Shown here one piece after another: positions 29,601 to 35,274 of a stretch of DNA of 64,000 nt. Made by a program: the position numbers and the translations under genes. Numbering within the stretch: position 1 is the first letter of the stretch; every line of letters starts with the position of its first letter. A model generated the notes under the pieces. That model did not search any database. It saw only the letters and a program-made list of their open reading frames with translations, and was not told where the DNA came from. The DNA comes from an uncultured bacterium (GTDB lineage: Bacteria; Nitrospirota; Thermodesulfovibrionia; Thermodesulfovibrionales; CALJEL01): NCBI GenBank assembly GCA_938074335.1, contig CALJEL010000023.1:1554-65553 (forward strand), in the 5' to 3' direction.

Positions 29601-32047
29601 TGGCTTCCTGGCCAAGCTTCACACCTTCAGTAAATGACTTCTTTGAGATCACAAAGGACATAACACCTATTGAAGAGGTATGCTTTAACTGCCATAGCCA
29701 GGGTGCAAATTCTGGTGGCACAGGTCTTGACAAGCCAAATAATTATAAACTAACTGATGGAATGGACTTCTACAATGCAGAGCCCATGCAGAACAGGCTC
29801 GAGCAGCTCTTCAACCTCTTTAACGCAGATTCTGGAAGGCTCAAGGCTGATGCAGGAAGGAATGCCACATCAGTTACAGTATGCACAAATAACACAGTTA
29901 CAGCAAATGAGTTTGTAAATTATTTCTTCAGGTCAGGGTCACAGGTAAAGAAGGTCTCTGCCAATACCGCTACTAATGCTGATACCACCTGCAGTACAAA
30001 CTATGGACTTGCAAACTCCTATACACTAACTATCTCTGCACTCTCAGCAGCACTCTCAGCAGGCACCTCCTATAATGTCGCAAAGCCAGCAGCCCATCCA
30101 CTTGACAACCTCGGTCTTCACAAACCTGATGAGCATCTCACCGCAACAGCTGGCTGGAATTTGGGTGACAGTGGCTCCTGCACAGCTGTAACTACCAATA
30201 CATGTACAGATTCCACCAAGAGGTGGGTTGGTAGCTTTGCAGGTAAGACCATAACATTTACAAGTGGAGCCTGTGCTGGTCAGACCTTCACAATATCCTC
30301 TAATACAGCCAATACCATAACCCTTTCCCCTACACCATCCTGCACACTTTCTGTTGGTGACACCTATTACATAGGCTCAAGACATGTATCTTGCTCAGAC
30401 TGCCATAATACCCATGCTGCACAGGTCAATCCATCAGGAAAAGTAAGCTCTGTATCAAATACACCTCCATCAGCCATTTTTATAAAGGATACAGATAAGA
30501 CCTATGATAAGACAGGCTGGCAAAGTGATAAATGGAAGGGCTATCTCATAATGATCAGGAAATCTTCTGGCTTCAGGCAGATAAGGCAGATAACAAGCTC
30601 TGTAACAGATGCCACTGGTACAACATACTATGTAGGTCTTATATGGAATACTACGAATCCCCCCGCTGCTGGTGATGAATACGAGGTATTCAAACAGGAT
30701 GGCTCAGCAGGCTCAGGACAGAAGGGTGTATGGGGTGTAAGTGTAGGACACCAACCACCAAATACTACAAATACCAATGATAACTATCGTCGTGGAGCTG
30801 ATTACACCTATACAAAGGTATGGGATGCACAGTATGAAAGAGACCTCTGCATGAAGTGCCATAGCTATTATGGATTCCTCTCTGCACCACCCACAACACC
30901 ATCGCTCTTTGGTACAGTTAATACTATTATGCCTGCAAGCGACATAGCAGAGGAGGCAAACCCTGATAACCTTGCCCACCATGCCATATTTGCAAGGGGC
31001 AAGAACCAGCCAATTACAGCCACAGGTTCAACAACCGCTACAGGCAGACCTTATGGAGCAAATCCAAACTGGCCAAAATACACCACCGGAACAATCTCCA
31101 TTACAACTGCTGGTACAGCAACACTTGGCGGTGGTGGCTCCTTACCACAGAATGTGCTTCCTGGCTGGATGGTCTATGTGGGCACTACAAACTATCCCAC
31201 AGCTGGCTCTGCCAATACACCAAGGAATTGGTTTGAGATAATAGAGATCTATAGCTCCACAAGCTTTAAGGTAACACCTGCACCATCTGCAGCACTCACT
31301 AACCAGACCTATGCAATAACAGCAGGCCTTGGGAATACCTTTGTACCACCCTATGGACCGTGGTCAATACTTAAGTGTAAGGACTGCCATGGCTCTACAC
31401 TCAGTGACCCGCTTGGTCCCCATGCATCTGTTAATAAATTCCTTGTAAGGTCTATAGAGCCTATAATTGGCTATGAATTCTTTAATGGAAGCTCAGTGGT
31501 GATAAATACAGAGATACAGAATTCAGGAACAGCCTATAACAACAACTACTTCTGCTTTAACTGCCACAGAAGGACTGTCTATGGAGACCAGGGCTTATTA
31601 AATCCGGGAAATGATAATTATGCAAGGGTAAGGCATGGAAATGCGGATCTTGGTGGATTATATAGGACTGATTCCCGTGTTGCTGACCCAACCTGGGTGG
31701 GCACTGGTATACATTGCAATCAGTGCCATGCAGGCTATCGTGGAACAGGTACTGCTGGCTCAGAGAGGGTTGGTGGTATCCATGGAACAAACTTCTATTC
31801 AAAGAATGCACAGGGAACCTCAAGGGCAGCCTGGACAACAAAGCAGGGTAAGAGGTTCCTTAATGGTGCAAGCTGGGCAATAGGTTCAGGTGATGGTAAT
31901 GCTAGTGGTGGGGTTGCAAGACCTACTACCACAACATCAGGTGGCTGCTATGTGAGAAAGACAGCTGACAGCATGAATAGGTGCACTCAGGGTCATTCAG
32001 GTGATAGGGCTTATGGTGGTGCTACCTATGACTATGATAACCCATAA
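23624..32047 (+). CDS. Giant secreted multihaem c-type cytochrome (2,807 aa; about 40 CXXCH plus 10 C-x4-CH)
   Basis: It is a single uninterrupted ORF. AAGGGGG precedes the start, and the signal peptide is MGMIRIIKLILLTGLILIPVVGYG. My manual motif count from the translation gives 40 CXXCH, 10 C-x4-CH (CSNLYCH-type) and one CLNPASGCH. A strong terminator follows. Confidence 0.9.
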   Translation: MGMIRIIKLILLTGLILIPVVGYGRLDQPHHPQGTSSVNCGNCHWTAGGTPPWSGQTKPTGWSDADWTINNQRCWVCHNTNSSKPASIHSASTTSTQYWSGQWTTECVSCHNPHNQRQWVAWRTDPDLYLATGAFTVTGVGTYDSVNNRTPITLSSPLTDEYQDRYFMPDKNYPFFYKIISSTLNQNIFYVRGKVNTTYVRGNGFAIIYGMSIKDYISYTNPGGQKITASIKLFRPGLNVQGGFIDSNNYSTSLCQACHTQTANFTQSNPNHGTTITEGQSCLNPASGCHAEHPQGFQIAGAKCGVCHGVPPSYYNSPADHNLVKKIKIDGTEYDTNTGVTTPGAHVKHSQTSAMTYSRRQVGCMECHNAGMQPAESDPTIGDYKIQIGINATTVGYTGGNYDGRTSLANGFTYQAVSPTTVTTNNTLVCSNIYCHGSTIGGTVNPSWTGTVSCGDCHKATAAAPPTLGSHVKHAGNTSTMQSAITCSTCHGHSGTASAVHVDGSAQWNLNTGDPRIGSQATYRGLNSGSVNPVPSSTYGQCSNLYCHSNASPLGGTASYKTVTWGGAAMACNSCHSGAGDASPTWSVSHTKHVNTYTQYNCNHCHSTVASNNTTISDKTLHVNATKEISFNSFNPSALPYDSANHQCSNLYCHSNASPLGGTNVYVTATWNTSLDCGGCHKKADTTANMTAGGTIGLMSSAHVIHVALDQYGDPSRSAKQITCQSCHNTVASGNSTIINYANHVNAIKNVGFDTSWIGGSPSYSGSPNYQCSSVYCHSDGQPLGQGSPVYKTVAWNAGALTCNDCHASNPNTNAHLKHTNASTYNMGCVECHQSVVSNNTTISSKVLHVNKIKDVAWKTGGYNADGGPYSSPNCSNIYCHSQGTENSAPYSSPNVTAAWNTTLTCKGCHDFNAAATPDIMSTGAHAKHVNNASVMGVNFTCSECHNQTVSSGDSPVTNFALHVNKQVNIAFNTTLNPGASYAGSPAPMQKAPGSAYGQCTNLYCHSSGNIARSATPTYKTPSWSDTFTDHCDQCHGDGAGRSHPVYASGTPGSNTANSHIQHVENASIGCEVCHYTTTTDGINIVSGGGQHLNKQEDVSFTATIGGTYNADTSCSSTYCHGTSSPQWGATGVLNCGSCHQSMGAGGTASYNGAHLKHSGIASGEYNFSCEQCHSANGTVHAGGPVNASKQAAEIVFTNGTGTGAYRGSQQTNYKYYTMYTNPYTGTGVTPSAYVSGTTVQSDSVNPALKWTSEGTCNNIWCHSNAAPYGGTNTYVSVQWGATVNCGSCHAAIGNSAPHPKHVTTYPYTCNHCHSATASDNTTISSKAEHVDGQKDIVFNTWVGPSPTWNAGAHQCSNTYCHSAGTSFTSPTHAGLLWSGTMSCTSCHGNPPSYASGSPKANSHVEHVNNNGASCYNCHAATVNSGGAISNYANHVNKAYEVVGGGTFAGNPVSFSYTYGNPSTCSNISCHGGTGATWGAATPCQDCHMLNQSDVDDFTWLNGTKAVISQTEWLSTGHGRTTGTYPVSGNTAANFEAASPQQCFYCHDNAVLHGTSNYFRLRNINDPQWGMNGVCKDCHATGSTGITVNGVLRNSTKKIDSRHYGTKHSTSNNGGQFCWDCHDPHGDSNIYMIHASVAKTSSSTDGKPTTTAVTVFTNNNTGTDYAKSTAPYNGICNVCHTSTNHYTSSSGDGHNSGTRCTSCHPHTGPDYNSAFSPSGGESAGGLACRDCHIDLYNRMHDSTLSGGKLMVYKHYMNNDSATSYPTSATPGGSADTNRKCLMCHVDHDIFRPDLNPNATRSKNLRTSISITPTTSSGFSESDFDATTGGICLSCHVNQQTKAFTTPNNVSTVPPVPYSGLTLAQATQVVKNSTHNYAVTSGAFGDTSTFKAVCLKCHNDTMNPKSSMNGQKAEPKFGLHQSGRNSFFAVMGSGNFKDFVSGQITAVSGTTITVNQDLTKDYKGFALVVTKANGTQAQRAIITATDTSLEQVTVASWPSFTPSVNDFFEITKDITPIEEVCFNCHSQGANSGGTGLDKPNNYKLTDGMDFYNAEPMQNRLEQLFNLFNADSGRLKADAGRNATSVTVCTNNTVTANEFVNYFFRSGSQVKKVSANTATNADTTCSTNYGLANSYTLTISALSAALSAGTSYNVAKPAAHPLDNLGLHKPDEHLTATAGWNLGDSGSCTAVTTNTCTDSTKRWVGSFAGKTITFTSGACAGQTFTISSNTANTITLSPTPSCTLSVGDTYYIGSRHVSCSDCHNTHAAQVNPSGKVSSVSNTPPSAIFIKDTDKTYDKTGWQSDKWKGYLIMIRKSSGFRQIRQITSSVTDATGTTYYVGLIWNTTNPPAAGDEYEVFKQDGSAGSGQKGVWGVSVGHQPPNTTNTNDNYRRGADYTYTKVWDAQYERDLCMKCHSYYGFLSAPPTTPSLFGTVNTIMPASDIAEEANPDNLAHHAIFARGKNQPITATGSTTATGRPYGANPNWPKYTTGTISITTAGTATLGGGGSLPQNVLPGWMVYVGTTNYPTAGSANTPRNWFEIIEIYSSTSFKVTPAPSAALTNQTYAITAGLGNTFVPPYGPWSILKCKDCHGSTLSDPLGPHASVNKFLVRSIEPIIGYEFFNGSSVVINTEIQNSGTAYNNNYFCFNCHRRTVYGDQGLLNPGNDNYARVRHGNADLGGLYRTDSRVADPTWVGTGIHCNQCHAGYRGTGTAGSERVGGIHGTNFYSKNAQGTSRAAWTTKQGKRFLNGASWAIGSGDGNASGGVARPTTTTSGGCYVRKTADSMNRCTQGHSGDRAYGGATYDYDNP
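24911..28087 (+). repeat. Internal tandem array of about 10 modules of about 100 aa: C-x4-CH ... CXXCH ... H-x-[KH]-H ... CXXCH ... HVN
   Basis: The first module starts at CSNIYCH (24911). The last C-x4-CH is CSNISCH (28016), followed by CQDCH (28073-28087). The pattern matches what I recall as the Geobacter CxxxxCH...CXXCH domain family. Confidence 0.75.
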
Positions 32048-32071
32048 TTAAGGATTTACTGTTCTTTAAAG

Positions 32072-32098
32072 GGCTGGCAGGGCACTGCCAGCCTTTTT
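32072..32098 (+). terminator. Rho-independent terminator
   Basis: GGCTGGCAG-ggca-CTGCCAGCC forms a perfect 9-bp stem followed by TTTTT, 25 nt after the giant ORF stop. Confidence 0.8.
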
Positions 32099-32100
32099 AG

Positions 32101-32109
32101 TGTTATAAT
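32101..32109 (+). promoter_or_regulatory. Extended -10 element TGTTATAAT, 5 nt upstream of the ATG at 32115 (leaderless-type)
   Basis: TGnTATAAT is followed by ggcta and then ATG. There is no Shine-Dalgarno sequence. Confidence 0.45.
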
Positions 32110-32114
32110 GGCTA

Positions 32115-33722
32115 ATGCAACTATTTATACTTTTATCCTTTCTCTTTTCAGGCCTGAGCGCCCTTGTCTATGAGGTGGTCTGGACAAGGGCATTAAGCCT
32201 TGTCCTTGGCTCTACTGTCTATAGCCTCTCAACCATGCTTGCCACATTCATGGCAGGCCTTGCAACTGGCTCATTCATTGGTGGAAGGCTTGCTGACAGG
32301 GCTGGCTCTTATGATAAACTGTTATTCTATTATGGTATCTCTGAGGTATTAATAGGGCTTTCAGGGATAGTGAGTGTCCCTGTCATATATAGCCTGCCAC
32401 CCCTTTATTTTAAGCTCTTTCATGCATTAAATAATCAGCCTGGTCTCTTTTTCTTAAGTCAGTTCTTTTTGGCATCACTGGTGATGATTATCCCTACCTT
32501 TCTCATGGGTCTTACCTTTCCCTTTGTATCAAGGGCATTGACAGAAAGGATGGAAAGGCTTGGCAGGTCTGTTGGTGCTGCCTATTCCTTTAATACCATT
32601 GGTGCAATCCTTGGCTCTGTCCTTGCAGGATTTGTTTTTATTCCTTCCCTTGGCTTGAAGGCAACTGCCCTTATCGCAGGCCTCCTGAACCTTGCCATTG
32701 GTATTACATTTATCGTTATATCAAAGGGAAAAAGGGTGCTTCTACCTGTCTGCATCTCTTTGCTCTTTATCCTTTATCCCTTTTTGAAGGTAAAGCCCTC
32801 AGACTATTTTGCCACATTCTACATTGCCAAGAGGTTTCAGAGTCTTGAGGAACTGAGGAGGGTCGAGGCCTCCTACAGGGTTGTCTTTGAGAAGGAGCAC
32901 GAGCAGGGATTTGTCAGGGCATATCTTGATGAAAGGGGTTTTCTTACACTGCAGCATGGTGGAAAGATGGAAGGGACAAGTGTACCAGATGTTCCTAATG
33001 CCCTTTTGCTTACTGCCCTTCCTGTAAAGGCACTCGGAAGAAGACCTGAAGATATACTTGTTATAGGCCTTGGTGCTGGTATTACATCCTGGGTAGCAGG
33101 AGCTCAATCAGACCATGTAGATATAGTGGAAATAAACCCTGCTGTTGTTGAGGTTATAAGGAGATTCGGTATCCCTGGGACACTTGAAAAAAAGGGCCTT
33201 TATATTACTGATGCAAGGCATTATCTGCTTTATAATGAAAGGACTTATGATATTATTACATCCGAGCCCTCTGTGCCATCAGAGGCAATGGCTGCCAATC
33301 TCTTTACAAAGGAATTTTTTGAGCTTGCCTCAAGGAGGCTCTCTCCAGAAGGCATAATGACCCAGTGGGTGCCTGGCTGGATATTGAAAAGGGATGAGGT
33401 CAGGTCATGCATAAAGACCTTCAGGGTGGTCTTTCCCTATGTATATGTCTATAAGGTCAAGGCTTCCCGGGACTATATAATGCTTGGTTCAAGGATGCCC
33501 TTAGATTCAATACCTGGCACAGGTGTATTTATACCACCAGTTCTTCCACCTCAATTTGAAGAGATGAAAAAGATGGGTGATATAGGACCTTTCTTTGAGA
33601 TTGAGCTTGTAAGGGATGCAGAATCTGTAAGGGAGATCCTTGAGATGCCCCATATTCCTGTTATCACAGATGACAGGCCCCTCATTGAATTCTGGACAAC
33701 CCATAATTTCCTTGGGTATTAG
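32115..33722 (+). CDS. Membrane-fused spermidine-synthase-like (SpeE-fold) protein
   Basis: The N-terminal polytopic region has the typical FLFSGLSALVYEVVWTRALSLVLGST..FMAGLATGS. The C-terminal Rossmann/aminopropyltransferase-like region has ILVIGLGAGIT, VDIVEINPAVVEV and YDIITSEPSVP. Confidence 0.75.
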   Translation: MQLFILLSFLFSGLSALVYEVVWTRALSLVLGSTVYSLSTMLATFMAGLATGSFIGGRLADRAGSYDKLLFYYGISEVLIGLSGIVSVPVIYSLPPLYFKLFHALNNQPGLFFLSQFFLASLVMIIPTFLMGLTFPFVSRALTERMERLGRSVGAAYSFNTIGAILGSVLAGFVFIPSLGLKATALIAGLLNLAIGITFIVISKGKRVLLPVCISLLFILYPFLKVKPSDYFATFYIAKRFQSLEELRRVEASYRVVFEKEHEQGFVRAYLDERGFLTLQHGGKMEGTSVPDVPNALLLTALPVKALGRRPEDILVIGLGAGITSWVAGAQSDHVDIVEINPAVVEVIRRFGIPGTLEKKGLYITDARHYLLYNERTYDIITSEPSVPSEAMAANLFTKEFFELASRRLSPEGIMTQWVPGWILKRDEVRSCIKTFRVVFPYVYVYKVKASRDYIMLGSRMPLDSIPGTGVFIPPVLPPQFEEMKKMGDIGPFFEIELVRDAESVREILEMPHIPVITDDRPLIEFWTTHNFLGY

Positions 33723-33729
33723 CTGTCTC

Positions 33730-33738
33730 TGGTAAAAT
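33730..33738 (+). promoter_or_regulatory. Extended -10-like element TGGTAAAAT, 5 nt upstream of the ATG at 33744 (leaderless-type)
   Basis: The 12-mer TCTGGTAAAATA (33728-33739) is identical to 43033-43044. There is no Shine-Dalgarno sequence. Confidence 0.35.
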
Positions 33739-33743
33739 ATCCT

Positions 33744-34667
33744 ATGAGGCATATATTTATCCTTATATCAGTCCTCTGTCTCTTAATCTTAACCATAAAC
33801 AGGAATAATCTCTGGCAGGATGACCTGAAGATGTGGGAGGATGTGATAAAGAAGTCACCAGGCAAGGTCAGGCCCTATATTAATCTTGCAGGTGCCTATC
33901 TCATGAAAAACAGGCTTGATGATGCCCTCTCAGTTCTATTTAAATCCACAGAGGTCTTCAGGGATGAGATAATGGAAGGTAATATCCACTATCTTATGGC
34001 TGCTGTTGAGATATTTCTTAATTTTGCTGCAGTCTATGGTATTAAGGGTGATATGGACAGGGCAATGGAATTCCTTCAGAAGGCTTATGAGACAAATCCT
34101 CAATCTCCAAAGGTGAATTATGCCCTTGCCTATGGTTTTATGGAAAAGGGTGACCTCAGGAAGGCAGAGGAATTCCTTAAAAATGCACTCTCCTTAGCAG
34201 AGGAGCCAAAGGCTTATTTTCTTTATGGAGAACTCTGTGAAAGACAGGGAAGGCTTGAGGAGGCTATAAGATATTTCAAAAGGGCAACAGAGCTTGAGCC
34301 TGAAAATAGCTCTTACCTTACAAGGCTTGGTTATCTTTTAAAGATCACAGGTAAGCCTGATGAGGCAGAAAGGGCATGGCTCAGGGCAATAAGGCTTACA
34401 GATAAAGAACCAGAGCCCTATGTTAACCTTGGTTCTCTCATGTATGAAAGAGGCTTCTTAAAAAGTGCCTATCAATATTATAAAAAGGCACTTGAGATAG
34501 ACCCAAACAATTATGAGGCACTTGTGGGTGCTGCCAATGTTATTGATGATCTTGGAAATTTTGCCCTTGCAAGGGAAATGTATGAAAAGGCAATAAAGGT
34601 TGCACCTGAAAGAAAAGAGGCCTACATTGAATATGAAAGGAGCCTTAAAAGACAGGGTAAGAGATAA
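33744..34667 (+). CDS. Membrane-anchored TPR protein (TMTC-type TPR module without catalytic domain)
   Basis: One N-terminal TM helix is followed by NRNNLWQDDLKMWEDVIKKSPGKVRPYINLAGAY and multiple TPRs. Confidence 0.75.
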   Translation: MRHIFILISVLCLLILTINRNNLWQDDLKMWEDVIKKSPGKVRPYINLAGAYLMKNRLDDALSVLFKSTEVFRDEIMEGNIHYLMAAVEIFLNFAAVYGIKGDMDRAMEFLQKAYETNPQSPKVNYALAYGFMEKGDLRKAEEFLKNALSLAEEPKAYFLYGELCERQGRLEEAIRYFKRATELEPENSSYLTRLGYLLKITGKPDEAERAWLRAIRLTDKEPEPYVNLGSLMYERGFLKSAYQYYKKALEIDPNNYEALVGAANVIDDLGNFALAREMYEKAIKVAPERKEAYIEYERSLKRQGKR

Positions 34668-35274
34668 GATAAGGGCAGCCCCTCTTGTGTTGATAATTAT
34701 TTTACTGGCTTATCTGGCATGGCAGAGGAATCATGTTTGGATGGATGACCTGAGCCTGTGGCGCGATGTGGTTAAAGGCTCACCTTACAGTCCAAGGGCA
34801 TGGTTTAATCTTTCTTTAGCCTGTGAAGGCTCTGGTGATATGGAGTGTGCCATGGATGCTATAAAAAGGTCAATAGAGCTTTATCCTGAACCAGCTGCCT
34901 TTATGAGGCTTGGTTTTTTAATGGAATATAGGGATAATTTAAAGGAGGCAGAGTTGCTTTATAATGAGGCAATAAACAGGGCTGAGCAGGATTCTATAAC
35001 AGATGAGATGAAGAGGTTTGTGAAGAGGCAATCTTATTATGGACTTGGGAGTCTGTATTTTAAAAGGGATAGCCTCAGGGAGGCTGAGTATTATTACAGA
35101 ATGACTGTTGAGATAGACCCTGAGTTCAGCTATGCCTGGAATGATCTTGGTTATGTCCTGATGAAACTCCGCAGGTGTGAAGAGGCACGAAATGCCCTGC
35201 TTAAGGCACTTGAGCTCTCACCAGAGGACAGGCTTGCAAGGGAAAATCTTGAACTTCTCAAGGAGTGTAAATGA
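34633..35274 (+). CDS. Membrane-anchored TPR protein (TMTC-type TPR module)
   Basis: I prefer the ATG at 34633 to the TTG at 34600. One TM helix is followed by QRNHVWMDDLSLWRDVVKGSP and TPRs. Confidence 0.65.
   Translation: MKGALKDRVRDKIRAAPLVLIIILLAYLAWQRNHVWMDDLSLWRDVVKGSPYSPRAWFNLSLACEGSGDMECAMDAIKRSIELYPEPAAFMRLGFLMEYRDNLKEAELLYNEAINRAEQDSITDEMKRFVKRQSYYGLGSLYFKRDSLREAEYYYRMTVEIDPEFSYAWNDLGYVLMKLRRCEEARNALLKALELSPEDRLARENLELLKECK

Noticed and set aside
23648-31883. Many 60-98-aa ORFs nested in or antisense to the giant cytochrome gene (for example 24374..24670, 25863..26156, 26559..26831, 31557..31841)
   Set aside because: All are fully contained within a long ORF that has a strong protein signature. 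They have no SD or promoter signals and show low-complexity, odd composition. I treat them as by-products of the long ORF.
23624-32047. High number of N-x-S/T sequons (about 50 by manual count) as evidence for N-glycosylation of the giant cytochrome
   Set aside because: The protein is very rich in Asn, Ser and Thr, so about 50 sequons is roughly what composition alone predicts. Extended D/E-x-N-x-S/T sequons of the PglB type are rare; I found essentially one, EYNFS. It is therefore not used as evidence. Glycosylation remains a context-based hypothesis only.
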